NCBI GenBank assembly: GCA_002189035.1 | Contig: NEEC01000221.1 | Coordinates: 1-23,538 of the forward strand | Direction: 5' to 3' | DNA from: Utricularia gibba | Taxonomy: Eukaryota; Plantae; Magnoliophyta | Length of the DNA: 23,538 bases | In this document: piece after piece, positions 1 to 11,384 of the stretch | Layout of the letters: every line of letters begins with the position of its first letter | How positions within the stretch are numbered: position 1 is the first letter of the stretch | Made by a program: the position numbers and the translations under genes | The notes under the pieces: generated by a model | What the model saw: only the letters and a program-made list of their open reading frames with translations | What the model was told of the DNA's origin: nothing | The model's database searches: none

Positions 1-1644
1 TGCGCTGCGCTGGGCTTCGCTGCAGGACTGAAACTGGGTGCTACTGCTCCCAATGAAGGAACACAAGTGGAGGAGTTGGCGGAGCCGCATTTAATGTAAT
101 TTGAATTGCAAAAAGGGTTTCGATTTGGTTTGCGGAGGCGGCGACCGTGTTGAATCCGGTGCCTTCTTCTTCTTTCCCCGCTGCCGCAAAAAAAAAAAAA
201 AAAAACAAAACAATTTTGTACCGCCGATCTGCAGGGGCAGCAGCCTGCTGCTACTTCTCAACCTCCACCAACCCGGTTTTTTTTTTCATATTTGTTTATT
301 ATATATAATCTGGCGTATGCGGTATGGGAAACATAAATAATTATATTCCCAAACCGCACAAAACAATGACGTCATAAATACTAATCATGACGCTACTCAG
401 TTTAGTATTCTTTTTATAAACATAAATAAAAACAATTCCAATCATGAATTTAATTCCAATCCAACGCATTTCAACAACAAAAAATAAAATAAAAACATTT
501 GATTAGTATGAAAAAAATAAATTCTAGTGGTTTATTTATGGATGATTATAAATTTGATCAGGTGTCATACACTATGGGGAAAAATTGTCATCTTATATGT
601 ATTTTCTTAATATGAAAATAACCAATTTTGTAAATTATCATTTATTTTTTACTTCCCCGACCCGACCGGGTACTAAAAACTTTTTGCAACCGGGGGAGGA
701 CAAAAGATAAGTATCAGGAGGGTAGAAAAGTCATAAACCATCGCAGTTGCAGGAAGCCAGTGAATGAGAGTCACAGGATGAGATTGAATGAAGTACATAT
801 TTTAAAGAGAAAATTGCATAAAAAAATTTAGAATTTTATCATTTTATCAAATTTAGTATCTACTTTTTATCATAATTTCATAATTGATCCTCATTTATAT
901 AATTGGTCCTCATGATTTTGTTAAAAGTATACAATAAATGCGCAGTGTAATATATTTGGCACAATAAATTCCAAATGTTATTTCACATAAGTAATCTTTG
1001 AATGAAAAAAAAATGAAATTTAGAGTTAAATATGAAGTTGGCATTTGCTTTGATAGTAGATTCTGAATTCCACTTGTTTCATCATGCATCATCCTCCCTG
1101 TTTTCCCTTATATACAAGGGCCATGTGTCACAATTTAAACTTCCTTGTTGTAAGATTTAATATAAAATTTTCACGATTTTATGTTTATTTTTATTTCATT
1201 ACCTTCCAAATAAACACACATTTAATTTTAGAGTTATTATAAAAAAAATACTATTCTCAAGAAACCAATTTGTATAAATTTACATAATCATTCTATTTAC
1301 AAGATGTTTGATAATATAATATAAAAGATTTATACCGAAAATTTATACATACATCATTGTTTCATTAAGTAGTACATATATATCAATTTTGTATAATTAT
1401 ATCACTCACATACTTATTTTTTAATATATGAATAGTATACATAAATGAAAAGGAAAATCTAATTATATCTCTATGAGAACATGCGTTCTTATATATATTT
1501 TTCAAAAATTATTTATTCTCTCAAACACTGTTCCAATATTAATATATAATTTATTATGTATTTTATAATTATATATATATATTCTAAATATATTATACTT
1601 AAATATACTAATATATTACTATTATACGATCTCTTAAAATCTTA

Positions 1645-1962
1645 ATGTGTGTTTTAGAAAATTTGTAAAATCTACTTTTATTTTTGAAAAAGTAAAAAGT
1701 AGAAGTATAAATAATTTATAAAAGTAGAAATAAAAAATAGGTGTTCTAGAAAATAATGAAAAAACTTGTGGATTTATATTGAAAAGTAAAAATAGAATGT
1801 AAAAGTAGCTTTTTCATACTTTTACAAAAACAATTTTTGAAGTGTAATACCAAAAATATTTTTGGAAAAAATAGAAGTAAAAATAGGTAGTGTTCTGAAT
1901 TAAAAGTATTTTTAACTTTATAAAAATAAAAATAGATGATACAAATTTTCTAGAACACAACT
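1645..1962. mobile_element. Tourist-like (PIF/Harbinger) MITE, 318 bp
   Basis: Imperfect ~45-bp terminal inverted repeats: left ATGTGTGTTTTAGAAAATTTGTAAAATCTACTTTTATTTTT, right (reverse complement) AGTTGTGTTCTAGAAAATTTGTATCATCTATTTTTATTTTT. TTA flanks both sides (1642-1644, 1963-1965), matching the TTA/TAA target-site duplication of PIF/Harbinger elements. AT-rich and non-coding. Confidence 0.75.
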
Positions 1963-2059
1963 TTAGTATTAACTATTTATAATCAATGTGGAATACAAAT
2001 AAAATTGTACTGTATGAGGGCATTGCCACAATGCAATCAATTCTGTGCGAAAAGTTTAT

Positions 2060-2171
2060 TGGGCCTCGTCGGCAGCTAATTGTGTCGACGGTGATGGGTA
2101 ATGGATGGTAAGTAGGCCCATTAAGGATTCGGATATATTCGTCATTTCCCATGGTTAAATTCCTAGGGTTT
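2060..2171 (+). promoter_or_regulatory. Ribosomal-protein promoter module: two site II elements and a telo-box
   Basis: TGGGCC at 2060-2065, GGCCCA at 2115-2120 and TAGGGTTT (reverse of AAACCCTA) at 2164-2171, just upstream of the RPS13 ATG. This combination is typical of plant ribosomal protein promoters. Confidence 0.75.
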
Positions 2172-2242
2172 GGGTTCCATTGAGTAGCGAGTAACGTGTA
2201 CGGCGGCGCCACTGGGGATATCCGTCGCCTGCCGCCGCAGCC

Positions 2243-3306
2243 ATGGGTCGTATGCACAGCAGAGGGTAGCCGGCTTTGTTTTCTGCTTGTCTGTTTCTAT
2301 GGGTGGGTGTATGTGAGTGTATTTACATTGAGAACGTGTGTGTTTGTGTGGCGTTGCAGAAAGGGTATTTCAGCGTCAGCGCTTCCGTACAAGAGGACTC
2401 CTCCAAGCTGGCTGAAGATCTCTGCTCAGGATGTTAGTCATTGTGATTCATTGTTGCATGCTGCTACATTCATGGGTCTTGGATTGCTTTGTCGGGGTCT
2501 CCTTTTATTAGCAGAAAACTCATTCTTCCTTGTGTGATCATAGCTCTATTCTTGTTTTCTGCTCATCTCATAATGCATATTCCGATGTCAATATACTCGT
2601 GTAAAAAATGAGATTGTTGTTCAGAGACTATGCAATTTTGAGAGAATGGAATCGTGTGTGCCGTAGTTTGTTGGACACTGTTTGCTGCAAGTTTCTTATT
2701 TTGTTCAATTATTTCAATTTTCTTGGACACTCGTCATTTGGATGGATTTAGTTGTGATCATCATGTTCTTGGTTCAATCTGTTTCAGGTGGATGAAACCA
2801 TCTGTAAGTTCGCTAAGAAAGGGCTGACTCCCTCACAAATAGGTGTTGTTCTTCGTGACTCCCATGGCATTGCTCAAGTGAGAAGCGTCACCGGCAGCAA
2901 GATCCTCAGGATTCTGAAGGCCCATGGTATGCATGCTTTGTCAGTTCACAGCTGCATTTTATCTCTAGGTGTCACGTTACATGCTACTGACTTTCTGTGG
3001 CCTCCAGGGCTTGCTCCTGAGATTCCAGAGGACCTCTACCACCTCATCAAAAAGGCCGTTGCTATCAGAAAGCATCTCGAGAGGAACAGGAAGGACAAGG
3101 ATTCCAAGTTTAGACTGATTCTCGTGGAAAGCAGAATCCACAGGCTTGCTCGCTACTACAAGAAAACAAAGAAGCTTCCTCCTGTCTGGAAGTAGTAAGT
3201 ATATCCCATGCAAGGCTATGATGTTGCTTCCATCCTCCATCAACTAATACGCTTTACATGCTATTCTTTCAGTGAATCCACCACTGCCAGCACCCTGGTC
3301 GCCTAA
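2243..3306 (+). CDS. RPS13: 40S ribosomal protein S13 (uS15), intact, 5 exons, 151 aa
   Basis: Exons 2243-2265, 2360-2432, 2788-2926, 3008-3194 and 3273-3306 total 456 nt, all introns GT-AG. Translation [59 protein letters not shown]...[38 protein letters not shown]. Confidence 0.98.
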
Positions 3307-5592
3307 GAGATCCCAATTACCAAAAAGTTAGTATGTGCCACCACCTAGAGGAGATTTTTGACCATTTATTTTAGACAATCTTCATACTGCTCCTTCCATT
3401 CACTCCTGCTACAACATGAGCATCATGAAATTCATTTGTGTTATCAGACCAATGCACTCTGTTCCTATATTATTCAAGATCATATAATACGCCTGTGTCC
3501 AGCAGATGGATTCATTGATTATTAGCCCTGGGCAACAAGAACCCAATAGACTGTTTCAACGCCTCCAATTGCCACGTCCACGAACTGGGCTCCGGCAAGT
3601 CTTCGTTGATGAGCCCCCACCCTGCCCAGATACTGTAGTTGCCGGTGACAACGAGGGGCGGATTTGAACAATCCAACGGTGGGAATGGCATAGGCCCCCC
3701 TACTTCAGGTGATGGTTTTACTGTGGTAAACGTGATCAACCCGCCGTGAAAGCAGGTAAAAATTAAAAAAAAGAGAAAGGGATCGAAAGCCCCCCAGCAA
3801 GAGAAGGGAGTGGTCGGTGTCCGGCAGTGTGCGTGTCGGAGGCGACCAGTAAATCACATTAAAAGCGGCATCCTTTCCTTGGCAAAGCCCTATTTACTTC
3901 CTCCGCCGTGGAATCACGATCACCATCTGCAATAGTCGCATGCATGGGATCGTTTCTGTTGTACTGTCGAATTGGGATGATTCCCTCCCCTAATTGTTCT
4001 TACCACCGGAAAGAATTCAACTGATGAACCCTAATCCCATGGATCAACCCTTCAGCTTCACTGTTGGTGAGAGGCGTGTGCCGTGCCGTACGCCCAGCCC
4101 GAGTCCCCAGCTTCGTCCCATGGATCACGAAGAGGAATGCAGATAAAACACAAGCGAGCGTGGGGGTGGTCCAGACTCAGAGTGGGTTGCGGTGCAGTGC
4201 ACCACTAAGAGCGTGATGTGGACTGGGAATCATCTCCTCATCATGAAGAATGTGGGTGGAGAGGCGAGGGTAAAGATTTTTTTTTAATTTTCTATTAATT
4301 GATGAATAATATTTATTAAGATATTGTAATATAAAGTTATCAAAGTCAACAACAATCGAATTATCAATACAACAATAATTATAGTTGAATACTCTTGATT
4401 GCTTTCATAAAATTTCTATGATAATGTTTTTCTCCAATAACTTTATTTGTTCTCACATCTCAAATATACCATGTAAATCATGTATATTCGAAAGTCAACC
4501 ACGTGAGATACTATGAATGAATTAGAAATTTGACCATATGTCAAATATTATATGAAAAAATATACACTCTTTCTATATATATTTTTTAACTAAGTGGGAG
4601 AGAATATGTTAGTATCCAATTTTCTAAATGATCTGAGAAACCACCCTCACACATACTCCAAAATGTTTAGATCAATATGATGCTCCGTCTTGAGGAAGGG
4701 CAGAAAGACTTTAGGCGAATTCTATATCGACGACCGAGAAGAGGATGAAATTGAATAAAACTATTACGCGAATATTATACGAGGCATTTTTCTAAGCATA
4801 GTGAAATGATATTTGATAGTAACTTTAAAGTTAAACGTGGTTTGACTAGAGTGATGTGAGGGATGAGTTGACCTTTTTAGCAAGAAATGTGAGGATTGGT
4901 GATCTCCTCCAAAGTCAAATAAAAGATGAAAAAAAAACATAAAATCGTGAGTATTATGTACAAAAAATACATTGAGAGTTGGATTGGATGGTTTAGGGTA
5001 TTCATTTTCTTCATACCGTGAATGTCACATTACCAATGTTGTAAATACAGGGAAAAATAAGAAGAAAAAAAAAAAAGATTGAATTGAATTCCGAGCGAGC
5101 AGCTCTTAAGAGGTAGGGCCGAGCCGTTGGCAGGAGATAACAAGGAACGCACACGGCGAATGATGTGAACATTGAATGCCAACAGCAGAAACAGTTTTCC
5201 CATCGGGGAACACACATTCAACAAAATCATTTCCCACTTATTATCAACACCACCAACACGATGACACCAGACATTGACATTTTCCTTTTTTTAATGAATC
5301 ATGTCCAATAATAATAACCCCTTTCTTCTCAAGAAATAACACCTCCTGGAATTCCATTTCCATGCTCACACTTGCCTTTAGAAGGCATTTGTCTTCGGGA
5401 GAAACTCAGACACGCTTTGCAATTTCTTCCCCACCGTCTCTGTGTTCCTTGTCTTGGTTCAGATAGAAGTAGGGTTTTAGGGCTCACTGTAGTCGTTCAG
5501 GAGTAGGAACTTCGAGGAAGTGATGCGCTTTTGGTCAATCTGAAGAAGCCCTTCAGAGGTAGATTCTGTTCTGGTTTTGAAAATAGAGGGTT

Positions 5593-6419
5593 ATGGATGA
5601 TCTTGAAGCTGTGAATGGCCGTTCCCTGCCGCCCCCGTTCTTGTCACGTGACTTTCAGCTTCACCAGCATATGTTTCAGATCCGTCGGGAAGAGGACCAG
5701 AACAAGAACCCCAACCGCTCCTCGAAGCGCGATCGGGGCAACGAGGAATACGGCGCAGTTACCGGGGAGTATGGCCTCAAGGAGCGAAGCCCTCCTCCGG
5801 CGACTTCTGACATCGGCCGTCGCCCGCGCGGCCGCCCTGCTGGCTCCAAGAACAAACCCAAACCCCGATAATAATCACCCGCGACAGCGGCAACGCGCTC
5901 AGATCCCACGTCATGGAAGTCGCCGACGGCTACGACGTCCAAGAGAGCATCTCCCACTTCGCTACCAGACGTCAACGCGGCGTCTGCGTCCTCACCGGAA
6001 CCGGGACCGTCTCCAACGTCACAGTCCGGCAGCCGACTGCCCCCGGCTCCGTGGTGACTCTCAGCGGAAGATTCGAAATTCTGTCCCTTTCCGGTTCCAT
6101 TCTACCGCCGCCGGCTCCAGCCTCGGCATCGAGTTTATCAGTCTATCTGTCCGGCGGACAAGGGCAAGTGATGGGTGGAATCGTCGTTGGGCCGCTGGTG
6201 GCCGCGGGGCCGGTGCTGATCATCGCCGCTTCGTTTGGGAACGTGGCGTACGAGAGGTTGCCGTTGGAGGACGCTCAAAACGCCGCCGTAACGGCGATGA
6301 CTCAGATGGGGCCGCAACCACTGATGATCGACCCTAGTTTCCTGATGGGAGGAGGAGCGCCGCCGACCTCCTCCGCTCAGGATCCCTACTGGGGAGCCGC
6401 AAACCGGCCTCCCTTCTGA
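5593..6419 (+). CDS. AHL: AT-hook motif nuclear-localized protein (clade A, intronless, AT-hook + PPC/DUF296), with a -1 frameshift at 5863-5866 as given
   Basis: AT-hook [16 protein letters not shown] in ORF 5593-5871. PPC domain with [11 protein letters not shown] in ORF 5913-6419. Adding one C to CCCC at 5863-5866 restores the conserved linker [23 protein letters not shown] and gives one ORF. Confidence 0.88.
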
Positions 6420-6626
6420 TATCATGATGAGTAGCAGCAAGCTAGGGGTTCCTTGTTTTTAGGTGTAAGCGAGACATTGTACACATCCCCATTTCATGGT
6501 CGCCATCCCCTTTCTTGTTCACAGTGGAAAGCTCTAGCCTTTGGCAGCAGCCATGAGAACACAAAGTCAGGGTTCTGTTCAGAGCTGGTTCCTGAGTGTC
6601 CCTAAGAAACTAAAACTCGTCTTTAA

Positions 6627-6654
6627 TATCTATCTATCTATCTATCTATCTATC
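6627..6654 (+). repeat. (TATC)7 microsatellite
   Basis: Seven perfect TATC units read directly. Confidence 0.95.
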
Positions 6655-8139
6655 GCCCAACAGAGGCAGGTTGAAGAAAGGAGGATGCTTTCCTTTTCCC
6701 GAATCACACGTGCAAGTAAAGCTTGCTGTATTTCCTAAAGTTTGCTCCTTTACGAGGACTACACCTCTCATCCCCATCCCTTTTCTTCCCATCTGCCAAG
6801 TACGGAAGGACGGATTGAATTTCAGATTTAGAATGTGTGCGTCGAGGTGGGGGGCTGTAGCTGCTGCTACTGCTGCTGCTAGGCGGGCTTGTTTTGTAGT
6901 TTGCCTTCAATTGGCTCTGCAACTCCAGTAATAATTCATATGGTGTTTCTGATGTACAGCATCAGGCTACCAGCTCTGTGTACCCCCACCCACAGCGCTA
7001 TCCTTTTCATTTACGTTCGCACTACCCTGTTTTCTTCTCCTAAATCACATGCCATTTTATGCCGGATGCAATAACTGTTGTTGCTGCGGTGCGCTCAGGG
7101 CACAAGATTGCATCTTTTTTCCAGCCAAGAAGGCTCAGGTGGAAGACCCAATAACTCACCCTAACAAAACATGCGGGTGAGTGAATATGCAATATAGATA
7201 TATTCAAAAGAATGATATGGATCATGGCCTGGAAAGCTGGGAGCAGAGCCATGAGTGGTGTTAAGAGTGCCCTTTTCGTTAAATAAGACACGATTGATAT
7301 CGTGATCATCCATCATCGTTCATTGGAATCATCGCACTCTTCTGTATCGGAAGCAGAGGAGGAATCAACCTGAAATTCTAAGCAGGTAACTTGCCACTCC
7401 ATTATTTCATTGGCTTCAACAATTGACTGTACAGAAGCAGTGAGTCGCTGATTTCGGTTGTCTATCTCATGCTTCTGGTCAGCTGAGATTTTGTTCAGCT
7501 CCAACAACTCCTGATGTTGTGCCTACAATGTTTGATCAATTCAGACAGGTTATCCGCATAAAGTCTTGAGGTTGATTCTTTCAATTCTTTCATTTCTTGC
7601 AAAAGGAAAACAATCAAGGAAAAAGCATGAGACAAAAGTGAATGTCCAAGAATCAGATAATTGAAAAAACGATCTTGTTTTTAAATGAAACTCACGCCAA
7701 GTTCATAGTCTAGGAATTGTAAAAGCCAAAAAGTACAGAAGAAAAAACCAGACATACAAGTTCATGTTTCTCACTGGCTATTGGTTATCCTTTCTTAGGA
7801 TTCAATGGTGGCAACGTTATCCTCCTGAAGTTTCCCGAGATCCTACATAGAATGATTTGTTGATAACCCAGCAAGGTTTCAACCAAATACTTTCAATACA
7901 CAGGAATGAAATATGGAAGGGGTGTGCCATTGTCAGTCATGCATAAGCAATAATTTCTGTGTTTGATCTTTGAAGGCTCCTAAAATCATCAAGAGACACC
8001 GGACCATCAGAAGCGCCTATGTCAAGGCCCTTATGTCTCTTGCTCTCAAAAGGAAAATCATCTTGATAAGCAATGTGTGGTTATAAAGTTAGTTCTTGCC
8101 TTAGGCATGATTAGGATGTTGTAATATTCAATTACGATA

Positions 8140-8320
8140 ATCTAATTATTGGAAAAGGAAATTGAGTGGAAACTAATTTATCTAATACTTGATTTAATCT
8201 TAGATTGTTACAATGAAATTACTAATATTGTGTAAGACTAGTTAACGACTGATTAGATAAGTTTTCTAAATTTACGAAATCGATTACATTCTATTCAATT
8301 ATTCCTTTTCTATAAAAGTG
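8140..8320. mobile_element. Degenerate AT-rich foldback (old MITE-like remnant) inside the FHA pseudogene
   Basis: GAAAAGGAA-ATTGA and TTATCTAAT on the left recur in inverted form on the right (TCAATTATTCCTTTTC, ATTAGATAA). No clear termini or TSD. Confidence 0.3.
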
Positions 8321-9149
8321 AATCTATCCTTTCATAATAAATCACTTGAATCTTGAAAGTAGCTAATTTGTTAAATGGTCAAAAATACTTTTAAAACATT
8401 TGATTACCAATACTTTGGTTTATTCATTCTAGCTGTTTTTGTTCTAGCCTACATGAGAACTCAGCTCCACTTCAGAAGCACTTTTACTCAGCTTTTCCCA
8501 GTTCCAATACGTAACATTTGTACTGCAGACAACAATTAATCATTAGGTTATTACAAAAACTATAATACACAACCTGGATGAAGGATCCTTGACCTCGTAT
8601 CCTTCAAGAATACCAAAAAACAGCAGCCAGATTGATCTTCTGTATCTTTTGCAGCAACTCGCTTTCTAGTAATCTTGCAATGCCGAGCACTAACCGCAGG
8701 TGACATAATCATCCGGAAATTTGGATCATCCACAAGCCGACCAATGCAGTGTTCATCGATGTCGGAAGCATATAACGCCATTACACAACCTTCAGCCATC
8801 TCTTCACACCGATAACATGGAGTGTTACTCCGCAACGTTGATTCTAAAATCCGTTTTCCAGGACGCTTTTTCGGCCACTGAGTGCTTTCATACAGTGCAG
8901 AAGCGAAAATCCGAGATCATAATTATTTATTTCATTTATTTAATTAATAAATTGTATTGATTTTAATTATACTTTATTGATATCAAGTAATTTAAGTTAT
9001 AGTTTTTTTATAAATTAATATAATATATTACATAATATATGTAATTAAATATAAAAATTAATATTATTAAATATATTATTTGATAATATTCAAATATTAA
9101 AAAATTAATAATTATTAAAATTTAATTGTCAGTGATATACAATGATTCA

Positions 9150-9447
9150 TATGGGTGTTTGGAAAACACCTACAAACAGAACTGATCGGTTCCGATTACG
9201 GTTCGGTTTGCGAATCTCGGTTTTGGTTTCGAATCGAAATCGTCCGTACGGTTTCGGTTTTGGTTTGGTTCAAGGTTTTGTATGTACGGTTCCGAACCGA
9301 AACGAGAACTGTTGCCTACAGTGAATCGCGGTTTTGGAATCGATGGTTCATTGAAAACCATTTGGTTCCAAATCGAAACCGTACGGTTCGTTGAAACCAT
9401 TCGGTTCCAAACCGAAACCGTACGGTTCGGAACCGAACCCACCTCTA
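9150..9447. mobile_element. Non-autonomous hAT-like element rich in AACCG/CGGTT subterminal repeats
   Basis: Dense CGGTTC/AACCGAA motifs in both orientations. The right end reverse complement TAGAGGTGGG resembles a hAT TIR; the left end TATGGGTG is a degenerate match. There is an internal near-tandem repeat GGTTCCAAA(T/C)CGAAACCGTACGGTTCG. No 8-bp TSD is visible. Confidence 0.6.
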
Positions 9448-11024
9448 GGAGCAAAAGAGGATTGAACTCTTCCGATGTCGCGGCAGTTGCGTGAGGCACA
9501 GAGACCAATGTCTCGCCGGGCTTCCATTAACCTTCGCTATTGATCCAGGGGCATTGCAACTGGATTTCAATTCGGGTATGGCGATTGTGCCGTAATCCAT
9601 GGTGGTGTCAGTGTCACATTGTATAAAAAATTACGGTATTCAATAACGTAACTGACATTTACTTATATTAAAATATTTATAATTTTTATTTATTTTATTA
9701 TTTTACATTAATAACTTGGAGGGGTTGCGTGGGGTCCACTAAAAGAAAGGATCCACTTAAGTGGCGTTGATTAGTTCGAGAAGTTATGGGCCCCGATGAT
9801 CAACAGTGACTTGCCCTCGCCATTTTGTTTCCACGTTGGACTCCAACGGTTGGAGGAGTTGGTTGGGGTCCACTAAAAGAAAGGGCCCCGCATTGGAACG
9901 CTGATTTTATCCTATCCTATCCTATCCTTGAATAAACTTCTTTCAAGTTTGCATTCAATTTAAGAAATAAATTTTAATGATGTATTAGAGTGATTTCTAT
10001 TTATATAAAAAACACTCCATGTTCTTCAATTTGAAAATAAATAATTTTATTCATATGTTATGATTGAGTGATATTTTGATAATACATAGTTTGTAATAGC
10101 TAATAATAAAAGTTCCTGAACTAAATCTTAACAAATACATCCTAGACTTAATATAATATATTTTTTATTAATATTCACTTTTTTTAGTTTTGGTGAAATG
10201 TCATGATTCCAATCCACCGTCACAACATTAATGGATGTTAGGTGCAGAAATTTTTCTTGGGGCGATAGGGGTCCCACGTCTCGTACACCGTCGGGGACGA
10301 CCGCACGGAAACCAATAAGGTATAAACTAAATAAGAATGATAAATGAAATAAATTGTTGTTATGTAACTTTAAAAAAAGATTACATAATGAAAATATGTT
10401 GTATTACAAAATGAGAAATCAATATTAAAATAAGAATTTACATAAAAAAAATAAATTTTAATTCACCAAATTATAAAAATAAAAAAATGAAATAATGATA
10501 TTATTAGAAAAACGATCATGTTAGAATGAGTATCATTTTTCATTTATTTTTTATAAAAATTTTCATTTTAAAAAATGAAAACATGTCTGTTTTGCAAAAC
10601 TGGTAATTTCTCATTTTGAGAATGAAAATGGTTGCAAAACATAGCCACAGGTACAAACACGGTGAGTATCTTTATTTTATTATTATTTTTATTAAAACTA
10701 CAAATATGGTCCTAAGTTATTATAAAAATTAAATAATTCCAAAAAATACAATTATTAATCATATGATTGGTTTTATGTGTATTGACGTAATTCTTGTACA
10801 TTCCAAAAATGTAAACTTTCTATTTGAATTTATTATTTTAACATTTTGACCGTATTTTTACCATTAACTTATTCTTCACTTTATGTATAAAGTAGTCCTA
10901 AAATTTATTCTTTTATGTTGAATAAATTAATGACGAAAGCAATGATGATTTCAATTTTTTTTAAAAAAAAAGACAAAAAATTTTAATTGGTAAATTTGAG
11001 TATAAATAATTATTTAACTCATAT

Positions 11025-11143
11025 GAATGCCGCTCTCTTTAAATAAGTGAAGATTATAGTTTAAGTGGTGTATTAACTTTTCTCCAAAAAAAAAAAAGAG
11101 TGTTTACTACGATTAAGATGATGCTTTTTCTCACAGGTTCTAA
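11025..11143 (+). repeat. Direct copy of the cyclophilin 3' flank (matches 19466-19597)
   Basis: GAATGCCGCTCTC...AAGTGAAGATTATAGTTT..AAGTGGTGTATTAACTTTTCTCC...CTACGATTA.GATGATGCTTTTTCTCA occurs at both sites in the same orientation. Confidence 0.92.
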
Positions 11144-11384
11144 GATGAGGATGCATTATTTATTGAAAAAAGATGAGGATGTCAAATCAAAAGGTGTTTA
11201 ATAAGACAAAAGATTTCTCCAAAAAGACTTTTCATTATTTGTTGAAATAAAATGTGGATGTGAAATCGAAAGGTATTAGGCGTCACAGGTTGATCGTATG
11301 CGTCACTGGTTGAATAAATCGGCTAATTTCCTCAATGGTCCTTATAAATCCCCCCGCCCTCCAGGAAGCAATCCTCATCCGACA

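Larger units (their letters stand above)
7395..9600 (-). pseudogene. SMAD/FHA-domain coiled-coil protein pseudogene (resembles Arabidopsis At2g45460 type)
   Basis: Minus-strand exon remnants: putative N-terminus from ATG 9600 to ~9448, ending in a degenerate EFILSVA motif; FHA core DEHCIGRLVDDPNF...AVSARHCKITRK...VFLKDT (~8760-8594); S-TNVTYWNWEKL (from 8522); KRHKGLDIGASDGPVSLDDFRSLQRSNTE (~8060-7950); DL.K..ED.VATIES (~7842-7767, two 1-nt deletions); ELNKISADQKHEIDNRNQRLTASVQSIVEANE (~7595-7395, frameshift plus in-frame TAG). The middle and C-terminal exons are missing. Confidence 0.85.

Noticed and set aside
1-340. Possible gene end (frame 1 CAALGFAAGLKLG...HLM*, 1-99) or a minus-strand start at ATG 90; ORF 101-340
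   Set aside because: Cut by the window edge, no recognisable homology, strand unresolved. ORF 101-340 runs through poly-A and poly-T tracts.
4300-5050. AT-rich tract with partial CCTCACA/TGTGAGG inverted motifs
   Set aside because: Similarity too short to define termini or a TSD.
5615-6440. Long alternative-frame and antisense ORFs over AHL (240, 99 and 100 aa)
   Set aside because: Shadows of a GC-rich coding region with no independent signal.
9142-9508. Several ORFs across the AACCG-rich region
   Set aside because: Low-complexity TE repeats that happen to lack stop codons.
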